This document shows positions 29,318 to 39,023 of a stretch of 64,000 nucleotides of DNA, one piece after another (positions within the stretch are counted from its first letter, which is position 1; each line of letters opens with the position of its first letter). A program made the position numbers and the translations under genes. Below the pieces are notes generated by a model that did no database searches, had not been told where the DNA came from, and saw only the letters and a list, made by a program, of their open reading frames with translations. The stretch covers positions 1,088,001 through 1,152,000 of the forward strand of contig OY782041.1 in the NCBI GenBank assembly GCA_963677595.1. Direction: 5' to 3'. Origin of the DNA: Spirochaetia bacterium (lineage in GTDB: Bacteria; Spirochaetota; Spirochaetia; CAKZLE01).

Positions 29318-30819
29318 AGGGCGACCCCTGCTTTCTCGCTTTCCAATGCCTTCTCCATGATCTCCTCTACCGGCGTCGTGCTCGGGTCGAACTCACCGGT
29401 GATCCTGCCTTCGTTTATCGTCAAGACCCTGTTGCTCATATTCAGTACCTCAGGCAGCTCCGATGAGATCAGGATGACTGCCCCGCCCTCCTCGACGATC
29501 TGCTTCATGAGCAGGTATATCTCATACTTCGCACCGACATCGATTCCCCTGGTAGGTTCATCCATGATCATGATGCGCGGTGCCAGCTCCATCCATCGAC
29601 CGACGATGCACTTCTGCTGGTTCCCGCCGGAGAGGGAGTTGACCACGGTCTTCAATGACGGCGTCTTGATGGAGAGGGCCTTCACATGGTTCTCCGCGAT
29701 CGCTGTCTCAACGCTCTTCTTCAGGAAGCCTTTCGGGAAGATCTTCTCAAGGCTGGCGATCCCGATGTTCATCTCAACGGTGAACGGGAGCACAAGGCCC
29801 TGCTGTTTCCGGTCCTCCGGAACCAGGCCGATCCTGTAATCCATGGCATCCCTCGGGCCGTTGATCTGGGCAAGCTCCCCGTCGATATAGACCTCGCAGG
29901 ATTTGACATGATCCGCACCGAAGATAGCCCTGACGATCTCCGTACGGCCGGAACCGACCAGGCCCACGAACCCAAGTATCTCTCCCTTGTGAAGCGAGAA
30001 GGAGACATCCTTCAGCTTTATCGAGTTGAGGTTCTTCACCTCGAAGAATACTTCCCCGATGTTGTGGGGGCGTGCGGGGAACTCGTTCTCGATGGTCCGC
30101 CCGACCATCATGGAGATCATCTCCCGCCTGGTGATCTCACCGATGGGCTTGGACCCCACGACGTTTCCGTCTCGCATGACGGTGACTGCATCGCAGAAGT
30201 CGAAGATCTCATCGAGCTTGTGGCTGATGTAGATGATCGAGATGCCCTGGCTCTTCAGGTGGTGAATGATCTCAACGAGCTCCTTCATCTCATCCTGGGT
30301 CAGGCTGCTCGACGGCTCATCCATGATGATCAGCTTTGAATCGAAGGATAGCGCCTTCGCGATCTCCACCATCTGTTTCTGGGAGACACTCAGCTCATCG
30401 ACGAGGACACGGGTATCGATGTTAGTCCCGATACTGTCCAGCATCTTCCGGGCATTCTCATGAGTGCCCCGCATCCCGCCCTGTTCAGCGAAACGGCCGA
30501 GATAGATGTTCTCCCCTACCGTCATCGTATTCACCAGGTTGAGCTCCTGGTAGATGATCGACAGTCCGAGAGCCATCGCCTGGGAGGGGGAGACAGATTT
30601 CAGCTCCTGCCCATCAAAGATGATCGTCCCTTCATCACGCTTATAGACTCCTGACAGGATCTTCATCAGGGTGGACTTCCCTGCACCGTTCTCCCCGACG
30701 ATCCCATGTACCGTCCCGCGCTGTACCGTGATCGAGACCTGGTCCAGTGCTTTCACACCCGGAAAGGACTTACTGACTTTCTCCATGTGGAGGATTGTAT
30801 CATCAGAAATAGAACCCAC
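29314..30819 (-). CDS. Sugar ABC transporter ATP-binding protein (RbsA type)
   Basis: GENGAGKST, two ABC domains, LSGGNQQK, DEPTRGIDVGAK. Confidence 0.95.
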   Translation of the reverse strand: MGSISDDTILHMEKVSKSFPGVKALDQVSITVQRGTVHGIVGENGAGKSTLMKILSGVYKRDEGTIIFDGQELKSVSPSQAMALGLSIIYQELNLVNTMTVGENIYLGRFAEQGGMRGTHENARKMLDSIGTNIDTRVLVDELSVSQKQMVEIAKALSFDSKLIIMDEPSSSLTQDEMKELVEIIHHLKSQGISIIYISHKLDEIFDFCDAVTVMRDGNVVGSKPIGEITRREMISMMVGRTIENEFPARPHNIGEVFFEVKNLNSIKLKDVSFSLHKGEILGFVGLVGSGRTEIVRAIFGADHVKSCEVYIDGELAQINGPRDAMDYRIGLVPEDRKQQGLVLPFTVEMNIGIASLEKIFPKGFLKKSVETAIAENHVKALSIKTPSLKTVVNSLSGGNQQKCIVGRWMELAPRIMIMDEPTRGIDVGAKYEIYLLMKQIVEEGGAVILISSELPEVLNMSNRVLTINEGRITGEFDPSTTPVEEIMEKALESEKAGVAL

Positions 30820-30845
30820 TGTTCGCTACCCCCTTTTGCGTAGGT

Positions 30846-30873
30846 AGAGATGGTCCATTACTGGACCATCTCT
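30846..30873. other. Perfect 12-bp stem-loop after the binding-protein gene (mRNA stabiliser or partial terminator)
   Basis: AGAGATGGTCCA-TTAC-TGGACCATCTCT. Confidence 0.7.
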
Positions 30874-30908
30874 TACATAGTCTTACATGCTTTCTAACAG
30901 GCTGGATC

Positions 30909-31859
30909 CTACCACTCAGGTGCAGTAAAGGAATCGATGTTGTTCAGGTCGACTGCGTCGAGCGGGATGAAGTTGATCTTCTCGACGGTCTTCCCGGCAA
31001 GCACGTCCTTGGCAAGCTGCAGTGACTGCTTGGTCATGTTCTCGAAGTTCTGCATGATGGTAACACTCTGCCATCCGTCACGTACCTGCTGGAATCCTGC
31101 CCTGTTGCCATCTACACCGATGATATAGAGCTCTTTGTTGAGATTGGCAGCCTGTACGGCATTGATGATACCGGTCACGCCGTTATCCCAGTGGCAGAAG
31201 ATACCGTCGATCTCTGTACCGTACTTGGTGATCATATCCTCAGCGATAGCAAGAGCCTGGTCGGTTGCCCACTGCTGGCATGCCTTGTAGTCCATGTTGA
31301 TGATGTTGGTCCCGGCGATGACCTCGTTGAAGCCGTCATGCCGTTTGATCTGTGCATCATGACCAGCCTGACCGCCGATCTCGACGATCTTCGCACCGTT
31401 GGGGAAGTGGTCGATGAATGCCTGGGCAGCAGTCTGTCCTGCCATCGTATCGTTGACGCCAACGAAGAAGTCACGGATCTCTGCACTTGCTGCAGGAAGG
31501 TCGGAAGAGTACATCCCAACGACCAGTCCGGCCTGCTTTGCCTGCATAAGACTCGGGATGATCGCATTGATGTCATTCGGGTTCACGAAGACTGCCTTGG
31601 CCTTCATGGCGATCGCGTTGGAGACCGCAGCAGCCTCCTTCTCAGCATTCCCCTCTGCATCAAGGATGCTCACATCAAACCCGTACTCGGGTCCATACTT
31701 CTCGAACATTCTTGACGAGAACGCCTGTGACTCATTCTTCATATCAGCTGCAACGAACACGATCTTAGGATTGCCTGCGGCCTCCTGGCTTCCTGCTGCG
31801 AACAGCACAGCCCCGATACTCAACAGTACCAGTACCATAGCAATGATTCTTTTCATCAT
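30909..31859 (-). CDS. Sugar ABC transporter substrate-binding protein
   Basis: MMKRIIAM...FAAGSQE signal after GGAGG; RHDGF, W..D.A, IIGVDG periplasmic-binding motifs. Confidence 0.9.
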   Translation of the reverse strand: MMKRIIAMVLVLLSIGAVLFAAGSQEAAGNPKIVFVAADMKNESQAFSSRMFEKYGPEYGFDVSILDAEGNAEKEAAAVSNAIAMKAKAVFVNPNDINAIIPSLMQAKQAGLVVGMYSSDLPAASAEIRDFFVGVNDTMAGQTAAQAFIDHFPNGAKIVEIGGQAGHDAQIKRHDGFNEVIAGTNIINMDYKACQQWATDQALAIAEDMITKYGTEIDGIFCHWDNGVTGIINAVQAANLNKELYIIGVDGNRAGFQQVRDGWQSVTIMQNFENMTKQSLQLAKDVLAGKTVEKINFIPLDAVDLNNIDSFTAPEW

Positions 31860-31995
31860 TTCCTCCATTTTTTTAGATACTTCTTTTTTTACCGATGTTC
31901 TCGTACGGATACCGATGAGCACCAGCCGGCGAAGTATCCACCCTTTTTTTCCGGATAGGTGATCAACGATCAGGTTGTATCCGGCTCTATAATCT

Positions 31996-32024
31996 ATCAT
32001 CAGCCAACATCTACGATTTGTCAA
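31996..32024 (-). promoter_or_regulatory. Candidate sigma70 promoter of the ABC operon
   Basis: TTGACA-17-GATGAT. Confidence 0.45.
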
Positions 32025-32200
32025 TAAAAAAATTCAAAACATAACCTTTTTTACCTTCAATCGAAAGTATATAGCAATTCGGACACAATAAATCATTACT
32101 ACACATGACTCACAACCGGTGTTTCACCGCTGTCAGCAGGGGAGATCCCCCTATAAACAGGATAATTCCTGCAAGCTTATCTCTTTTGAAAGAATGCATA

Positions 32201-32229
32201 TTGACTTACGAATGAAACAATCATATACT
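32201..32229 (+). promoter_or_regulatory. Sigma70 promoter of the ROK-ybiW-GMC operon
   Basis: TTGACT-17-TATACT. Confidence 0.7.
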
Positions 32230-32279
32230 TTCTTTACAATCTCATACAGTGATAAACCTATCAGGGAATGGAGTGTTGG

Positions 32280-33251
32280 ATGGATAAGCAAGATGTGATT
32301 TGTGCCGTTGATATCGGGGGGACGAAACTCAGTCTCGCCCTTGTGAACAGGGACGGGACCACGATCGAGACCGTGACTGTCTATGACCATGTCTCATTGA
32401 CCCCGGACGAGTTCGTCGATTATATCGGCGAGAAGACCGAAGGCCTCCTTGCGGGCAATAACATACCGAAGTCCAGGCTCGCTGCGATCGGCGTAGCGAC
32501 TGCCGGGCACCTGAACTACGAGACAGGTACCCTCATAGCCATGTCGAACCTGAACGGCTTCACGGGATACCCCCTGCGGGACAGGCTGCAGGAGCGGCTC
32601 TCGGTACCGGTCGCCATAGACAACGACGCGAACTGCCAGGCTGTCGGGGAGCTCAAATTCGGGGCGGGACGCCCCTATAAGGACTTCATATTCATCACCA
32701 TCAGTACACAGATCGGGGCTGGTATCGTGGTCAACGGCGATATCTTCCGCGGGCACCACGGGACAGCCGGTGAGATCGGCCATACCATCGTCGAACCGGA
32801 TAGTGATGCCGTATGCCTCTGCGGCAACCACGGCTGCCTCATCTCGGTGGCATCAAGCGTGGCCTTCCCCTATACCGCAAAGAAGTTCTACGAGCAGGGG
32901 ATCCCTTCATCACTGATCGGCGGACCAGACTTCGATTACAGCACGGTAGACGGGAGGCTGGTAGAGGACGGGATGAACGCAGGGGATGAGCTGTGCACGG
33001 CGATCGTCGATGAATACGCACGGTACATGGGAATCGCGTGCTACAACCTCTTCCAGGTATTCGATACGCAGGCCTTCGTGATAGGCGGCGGCCTCGCATG
33101 CTGGGGAGATCGGTTCTTCGACGGCATCAGGGCGCAGTTCCAGAAGCTGGTACGGCATATGGCCCTCGAGGATATCACGGTCATCCCCGCAGAACATACA
33201 AAGGACTCAGGAATCCTGGGAGCGGCAGCACTGGCGCTGTCCCAGGCCTGA
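32280..33251 (+). CDS. ROK-family sugar kinase
   Basis: DIGGTK, DNDAN, GEIGH, CLCGNHGC; no N-terminal HTH. Confidence 0.9.
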   Translation: MDKQDVICAVDIGGTKLSLALVNRDGTTIETVTVYDHVSLTPDEFVDYIGEKTEGLLAGNNIPKSRLAAIGVATAGHLNYETGTLIAMSNLNGFTGYPLRDRLQERLSVPVAIDNDANCQAVGELKFGAGRPYKDFIFITISTQIGAGIVVNGDIFRGHHGTAGEIGHTIVEPDSDAVCLCGNHGCLISVASSVAFPYTAKKFYEQGIPSSLIGGPDFDYSTVDGRLVEDGMNAGDELCTAIVDEYARYMGIACYNLFQVFDTQAFVIGGGLACWGDRFFDGIRAQFQKLVRHMALEDITVIPAEHTKDSGILGAAALALSQA

Positions 33252-33274
33252 TCGACTATAAGGAGACATGAGAG

Positions 33275-35698
33275 ATGAATGAGACCATACAGCATACACA
33301 AGCTACAGGATACACGGACCGGATCATAGCCCTCCGTGATGAGGTACTGTCGGCTAAACCGACGATCTGTATCGAACGGGCACGACATTATACCAATGTA
33401 TACCGGGAGAACCCGGACAAGCCGGTCATCACCGTCAGGAGCCTTGCGCTGGAGAGGACCCTCAAGGAGATGACGATCTTCATCGAAGACGGTGCATTGA
33501 TCGTCGGGAACCAGTCCTCCCAGCTCCGTGCAGCCCCGATCTTCCCGGAGTATGCCGTAGAATGGATCACGAAGGAGATCGATGAGTTCGAGAAGCGGCC
33601 CGGCGATATCTTCTACCCGAGCGATGAGGTGAAGAAGGAGCTCCTGGGGATCTGCGACTGGTGGCAGGGAAAGACGACCCTCGATAAGGGCAGGTCGATG
33701 ATGGCCCCGGAGTTACGGGAGATCCATGCTGCCGGCATCATCCGGGCTGAGGGGAACCTCACCTCCGGGGACGCCCATATCGCGGTTAATAACGAGCGGA
33801 TCCTGCAGGATGGTCTCGGGGCATTCATCAGCCGGGTAGCGCAGAAGATGGATGCGTGCGACATCAGCACACGGGACGGCCTGAAGAAGAAGGTCTACTA
33901 CGAAGCGACCAAACGGGCACTGCTCGCACTGCAGACATTCATCCTTCGTTATGAGGAGCTTGCACGGGCGAAGGCTGAAGTCGAGGCTGACCGTACCAGG
34001 AAGGCTGAGCTCATACGTATAGCCGAGAACTGCAGGAACATATCCGCAGCGCCACCACAGGGCTTCTACGAAGCTGCGCAGCTCACCTACTTCATCCAGC
34101 TGGTCCTCCAGATCGAGAGCAACGGCCACTCGATGTCCCTCGGCAGGATGGACCAGTACCTCTATCCTTTCTATGCTGCCGACAAGGCGGCAGGGACCAT
34201 CAGTGAGAACTTCGCGATGGAGGTCCTGGAGAACATCTGGGTCAAACTGCTCTCTGTCCACAAGATCCGTTCATGGTCACATACCCGATACTCTGCCGGC
34301 AGCCCGCTCTACCAGAATGTGACGATAGGCGGCCAGACCCGTGACGGGAAGGATGCAGTGAATGAGCTCAGCTACCTCATCCTGCAGTCCGTGGGAGAGA
34401 CCCGGCTGACCCAGCCGAACCTCTCCGTACGATACCACAGCAATTTATCAGAGGAGTTCCTCCAGGCCTGTTTCAAGGTCATCGAGAAGGGCTTCGGCAT
34501 GCCGGCGTTCAATAACGATGAGATCGTGATCCCCTCCTTCATCGACCTCGGTGTCGAGCCGGCTGATGCCTATGACTACAGCGCTATCGGCTGTATCGAG
34601 GTAGCGGTTCCCGGGAAATGGGGCTACCGATGCACGGGGAAACATTTCATCAACTTCATGCGAGTCTTCATGGCGACCCTGAACGACGGTACCGACCCGG
34701 AGAGCGGGAAGCAGTTCTTCAAGGGTGACGGCACCCTAGAGGATTTCGCCGACTACGACGAACTGCTGAATGCCTGGGGGAATCAGATCCGCCAGTACGC
34801 GAAAGCGGGGATATCGATCGATACAGCCATCGATACCGTGCTGGAGGCTGACGGGCCGGACCTCCTTGCCTCGGCATTCGTGGATGACTGCATCGAACGC
34901 GGCCTGACGATCCACGAAGGCGGCTCCAAATACGACTTCGTATCCGGGCTGCAGGTCGGCATCGCGAACCTGGGGAACTCGCTTGCAGCGATCAAGAAAC
35001 TGGTGTTCGAGGAGAAGAAGATCCCCGCATCACTCCTCATGGAGCACCTACGGGATGACTTCGCCGGCGAGGAGGGGGAACTCATACGACAGCAGCTGCT
35101 GAACCTCGCCCCGAAATACGGCAACGATGTCGATTACGTCGACGACCTCGTTACAGAGGCATACAAACTCTATACAGATGAGCTCCCGAAATACCGGACC
35201 ATCCGGGACGGGCGAGGCCCGATCGGGTGTCGATGGTATGCCGGGACCTCGAGCATCTCCGCGAATGTCCCCTCAGGGGCAGTGGTAGGCGCCACCCCCG
35301 ACGGGAGACATGCTGGGAAACCGCTGGCCGAGGGTGCATCGCCTTCAAGCGGCACGGACGTGAACGGGCCGACTGCGGTCTTCCGTTCCATCGCGAAGCT
35401 GCCGACCGACAAGATCCTCGGAGGCGTCCTGCTGAACCAGAAGACGACACCGGCGATCCTGGCTGAACCCGCGAGCAAGAAGAAGCTCAGCTCCATGCTG
35501 CACGCCTTCTTCTCCGACCTCAAGGGCTGGCATGTACAGTACAACGTGGTGAACCGGGAGACCCTGCTCGAGGCACAGAAGAACCCGGAGGAACACCGTG
35601 ACCTGGTTGTCCGGGTAGCCGGCTACTCCGCATTCTTCAACACCCTCTCGCCGGAGACCCAGGATGACATCATCGCGAGGACAGAGCAGAAGATATAA
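33275..35698 (+). CDS. ybiW: Glycyl radical enzyme, YbiW (PflF)-like
   Basis: AEGNLTSGDAH, ESNGHS, AGSPLYQNVTIGG, IGCIEVAVPGKWGYRCTG, RVAGY. Confidence 0.85.
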   Translation: MNETIQHTQATGYTDRIIALRDEVLSAKPTICIERARHYTNVYRENPDKPVITVRSLALERTLKEMTIFIEDGALIVGNQSSQLRAAPIFPEYAVEWITKEIDEFEKRPGDIFYPSDEVKKELLGICDWWQGKTTLDKGRSMMAPELREIHAAGIIRAEGNLTSGDAHIAVNNERILQDGLGAFISRVAQKMDACDISTRDGLKKKVYYEATKRALLALQTFILRYEELARAKAEVEADRTRKAELIRIAENCRNISAAPPQGFYEAAQLTYFIQLVLQIESNGHSMSLGRMDQYLYPFYAADKAAGTISENFAMEVLENIWVKLLSVHKIRSWSHTRYSAGSPLYQNVTIGGQTRDGKDAVNELSYLILQSVGETRLTQPNLSVRYHSNLSEEFLQACFKVIEKGFGMPAFNNDEIVIPSFIDLGVEPADAYDYSAIGCIEVAVPGKWGYRCTGKHFINFMRVFMATLNDGTDPESGKQFFKGDGTLEDFADYDELLNAWGNQIRQYAKAGISIDTAIDTVLEADGPDLLASAFVDDCIERGLTIHEGGSKYDFVSGLQVGIANLGNSLAAIKKLVFEEKKIPASLLMEHLRDDFAGEEGELIRQQLLNLAPKYGNDVDYVDDLVTEAYKLYTDELPKYRTIRDGRGPIGCRWYAGTSSISANVPSGAVVGATPDGRHAGKPLAEGASPSSGTDVNGPTAVFRSIAKLPTDKILGGVLLNQKTTPAILAEPASKKKLSSMLHAFFSDLKGWHVQYNVVNRETLLEAQKNPEEHRDLVVRVAGYSAFFNTLSPETQDDIIARTEQKI

Positions 35699-35711
35699 AG
35701 GCAGGAAGGAG

Positions 35712-37262
35712 ATGGGACTTCTAGAGAACTATGACCTGGTCATCATCGGTGCGGGAATGGGTGGGAGCGCACTCGCTTACGCCCTTCGCCATACCAGTCA
35801 CTCGATCCTCATCCTCGAACGCGGGGAGTACATCAGGCAGGAGGACGAGAACTGGGATATAGACGCTGTCATCACGCAGCGCAGGTACGACCCTGATGAT
35901 ACCTGGGTCGATGCTGATGGGCAGGAGTTCACCCCACGGGTCTACTACAATGTGGGGGGCTCGAGTAAGTTCTTTGGGGGCTCTTCCTTCCGGTACCGGG
36001 AAGTGGACCTTACCGGCAGGGTATACCCTGAGGGGGAGACCGTCCCCTGGCCGGTCAGCTATGAGGACTTATCCCCCTACTACGATGAGGCAGAACAGGC
36101 CATGAAGGTCCGCGGCCTAGCCGGGGCCGATCCCACGGAACCACCAAGGGGAGCGTATCCGTTCCCGCCGATCGAGAGCGAACCGCCGATCGCCCAGCTT
36201 GCCGAAGGGTTCAGGGAACGGGGACTCACACCCTTTCCCCTGCCCATAGCTGTCTATCAGGGGACGAACGGCCACTGCCGGAAGGGGAGTCCCTGTGACG
36301 GGTTCCCCTGCAAGATAAGGGCTAAGGGAGATGGGGAGAATGCCTTCTTCCGCCCTGCCCTCAAGGATAAGAAGGATATTACCGTCATCACATCAGCCCG
36401 GGTGACCAGGCTGCACCATGACACTGCCGGTGACAGGATCTCCCATATCGAGGTCATGGTCGACGGGAAGGTCCAGACAGTCAGCGCACGGCTGTTCGTC
36501 CTAGCAGCAGGGGCAGCCAATACGGCGGCATTGCTGCTGGGCTCTGCTTCTGATAGGTACCCCCACGGGATCGCCAACGGATCGGGCCAGGTCGGGAAGA
36601 ACTTCATGGCCCATAACAACACCGTCCTGATGGCCTTCTCCCTGTTCCGGAAGAACCCCACACGATTCCAGAAGACCATCACCCTGAATGATTTCTACCA
36701 CGGTGATTGCCCACAGGGTCCTGGTGCCGGGAATATCCAGATGCGGGGGAAGGTGCAGGCTGCGAACAATGCACGGCATGCCAATCCCCTCGTCCGCCTC
36801 TTCGCCGGCTTCATCGCGGCACGTTCGTTCGATTTCTGGCTGATGTCCGAGGATCTCCCCTCAGCAGAGAACCGGGTCGAGGTGGTCCCGGCAGCTGGCG
36901 GGGGGACTCGTATCCGGCTCAGCCGGAGACTCAACAACCTGTCGGTCCATCGGGACCTGGTGAGATCGTTCAGGAAGATCCTGCGTTCCATGGGATTCAG
37001 CTTCATCATCGAACGGACACCGTCCCCATCGGTGATCCAGCATCAGGTAGGGACTGCCCGCGCAGGGCATGATCCTGCCACCTCTGTGGTGAACAGCTCG
37101 TGCAGGGCACATGAGCTTGAGAACCTGTACATCGTGGACGGGAGCATCTTCCCCTCCTCCGCTGCTGTGAACCCGGCACTGACTATCGCCGCGAACGCGT
37201 TACGCGTCGGTTCGATCCTCGCTGAGGAATTGGACCGGGCTGCAGGGAAGAGTGGGAATTAA
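35712..37262 (+). CDS. GMC-family FAD oxidoreductase
   Basis: IIGAGMGG, VGGSS, VGKNFMAH, HQVGT, NLYIVDGSIFPSSAAVNPALT. Confidence 0.92.
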   Translation: MGLLENYDLVIIGAGMGGSALAYALRHTSHSILILERGEYIRQEDENWDIDAVITQRRYDPDDTWVDADGQEFTPRVYYNVGGSSKFFGGSSFRYREVDLTGRVYPEGETVPWPVSYEDLSPYYDEAEQAMKVRGLAGADPTEPPRGAYPFPPIESEPPIAQLAEGFRERGLTPFPLPIAVYQGTNGHCRKGSPCDGFPCKIRAKGDGENAFFRPALKDKKDITVITSARVTRLHHDTAGDRISHIEVMVDGKVQTVSARLFVLAAGAANTAALLLGSASDRYPHGIANGSGQVGKNFMAHNNTVLMAFSLFRKNPTRFQKTITLNDFYHGDCPQGPGAGNIQMRGKVQAANNARHANPLVRLFAGFIAARSFDFWLMSEDLPSAENRVEVVPAAGGGTRIRLSRRLNNLSVHRDLVRSFRKILRSMGFSFIIERTPSPSVIQHQVGTARAGHDPATSVVNSSCRAHELENLYIVDGSIFPSSAAVNPALTIAANALRVGSILAEELDRAAGKSGN

Positions 37263-38023
37263 TCGGTATCGGTACTGTCGCTGATGAGCACCGTGATGCC
37301 GGCAGCCTCGAGTGCGGCTTTCTGGCCGGTCGTGATCCCATTATCGGTGATGAGGAAATCGATATCCTTGATAGAGCAGATCTGGCAGAGGGAGGTCTTC
37401 CCGATCTTGGTTGAATCCGAGAGGACATAGGTCGTCTTTGCCTTCCTGGCTGCATTCCTCGCTATATCAGCACGCATCATGTTCGAGCAGGTGAAGCCCT
37501 GTTCTGCAGAGATCCCGTCCACACCGATGAAGGCTTTCGAGAAGTTCAGGTGCTCGAGACCGAGCTGGGCAAGGGTACCGACCACGCATTCGCTGTCATA
37601 CTGGTAGACGCCGCCGAGCAGGATGACGTCGATCGAGGACCCTTTCAGCTGTCGTGCCACGAAGGTGTTGTTCGTCACGATCTGGATCCCGTTCCTCTTC
37701 ATGAGATGGCGGGCAAGGAGGACGTTCGCAGAGCCGGAATCGATGAACACGATATCACTGGTATCGATCTTATTCGCGGCAAAGGCTGCTATAGAGGTCT
37801 TGACGGCAAAGTTGATGCCGATACGACGCATGATATCATCCTCGTTATTGAGGACTGCCCCGCCGTGGACCCGTTTCAGGAGTCCGTGATTCTCAAGGTA
37901 GTCAAGGTCCCCCCGTATCGTCACAGCACTCACGTTGAAATGCTCTGAAAGTTTGTTTACCGAGATCTCCTCATTCTCTCCAAGCATCTGGAGAATCTTC
38001 CCTTGTCGTTCGTTCATAATCAT
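37259..38023 (-). CDS. DeoR/GlpR-family regulator
   Basis: FNVSAVTIRGDL, RVHGGA, FIDSGS, DSTKIG. Confidence 0.95.
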   Translation of the reverse strand: MIMNERQGKILQMLGENEEISVNKLSEHFNVSAVTIRGDLDYLENHGLLKRVHGGAVLNNEDDIMRRIGINFAVKTSIAAFAANKIDTSDIVFIDSGSANVLLARHLMKRNGIQIVTNNTFVARQLKGSSIDVILLGGVYQYDSECVVGTLAQLGLEHLNFSKAFIGVDGISAEQGFTCSNMMRADIARNAARKAKTTYVLSDSTKIGKTSLCQICSIKDIDFLITDNGITTGQKAALEAAGITVLISDSTDTD

Positions 38024-38090
38024 TCCTCACGGCATAGTAATATGTATCAGGCTCTCTGTCCAGCCGGCTGACCTACCAGCGGTCTTGCTA

Positions 38091-39023
38091 TCACCCGGTA
38101 AAGAGCCTTGCCCCGGCGTCAGCTAACACCTTCCGGAACGCTTCCATCTCATCTTCTGCATACGGATACTTCTGTTCCGTGAACTGCCAGGTCTTCCCAA
38201 GCGCATGGTACTTCCCCTTGGGAAGCGGGTTGAAGTTGACCAGCTCTATCGGGATGTCGCCGGGAAGGGACGCGACGAAGCGTGCCGTCGGGTCCAGATT
38301 CTCCTCCCTCGTCGTGATCCCGGGGATCATGGGGATACGGATCACCATGTTGGAGGTATGTTCCGCGATGAACATGATGTTCTTCAGGATCTGCTCGTTC
38401 CGAACCCCGGTATAACGCAGGTGCTCATCTGAATCCCACAGTTTGATATCGACGAGGAACTGGTCGATGAACGGAAGTGCTGCAGCAAGGAGCTTCTGGC
38501 TGTAGGAAGCTGTGGTCTCGACAGCCGTGTGGACCCCCTGCTCCCTGCAGGCCTTCAGGATCGCCAGGGTGAACTCATACTGGACGAAGGGCTCCCCGCC
38601 TGAGAGGGTCACCCCGCCTCCGGAGCGCTTATAGAAGGATTCATCCCGCCTGATGACATCCACCAGCTCAGGGACCGTATAGGACTTGCTGTCCCAGTCC
38701 AATGCGGAGACCGGGCAGGCAGAGACACAGGTCCCAGCGTTCGTGCATCGGTTCCGGTCGATCCTGATGAAATTGACTTCCCCGGGGTGTGCCGAGAGTG
38801 CCTTGTTCGAACAGGCATCGACACATCGCTCACATTGTATACAGCGTTCGTGGTAGTACCAGAGATCAGGCTTCCGAGCTATCCCCTCAGGGTTCTGGCA
38901 CCAGATGCAGGATAACGGGCAGCCTTTCAGGAAGACGGTCGTACGGATCCCGTCGCCGTCGTGGATGGCGAACCGCTTGATATCGAATACATCCCCTCTC
39001 AGTTCATGCGTGCTTCTTTCCAT
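38091..39023 (-). CDS. Glycyl-radical activating enzyme with ferredoxin insert
   Basis: HDGDGIRT, CPLSCIWC, GGVTLSGGEP; ATG 39023 overlaps upstream TGA. Confidence 0.93.
   Translation of the reverse strand: MERSTHELRGDVFDIKRFAIHDGDGIRTTVFLKGCPLSCIWCQNPEGIARKPDLWYYHERCIQCERCVDACSNKALSAHPGEVNFIRIDRNRCTNAGTCVSACPVSALDWDSKSYTVPELVDVIRRDESFYKRSGGGVTLSGGEPFVQYEFTLAILKACREQGVHTAVETTASYSQKLLAAALPFIDQFLVDIKLWDSDEHLRYTGVRNEQILKNIMFIAEHTSNMVIRIPMIPGITTREENLDPTARFVASLPGDIPIELVNFNPLPKGKYHALGKTWQFTEQKYPYAEDEMEAFRKVLADAGARLFTG

Noticed and set aside
31860-32024. N-terminal extension of the binding-protein ORF
   Set aside because: RBS and signal peptide point to a start at 31859.
32040-32225. Shared DeoR operator (CAATCGAAAG / CGAATGAAAC, similar stretch near 40981)
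   Set aside because: Too short and degenerate in AT-rich DNA to support by eye.
21482-35698. Calling either GRE pyruvate formate-lyase
   Set aside because: Both have a single-Cys loop (GCVE, GCIE) rather than the adjacent CC pair of PFL.
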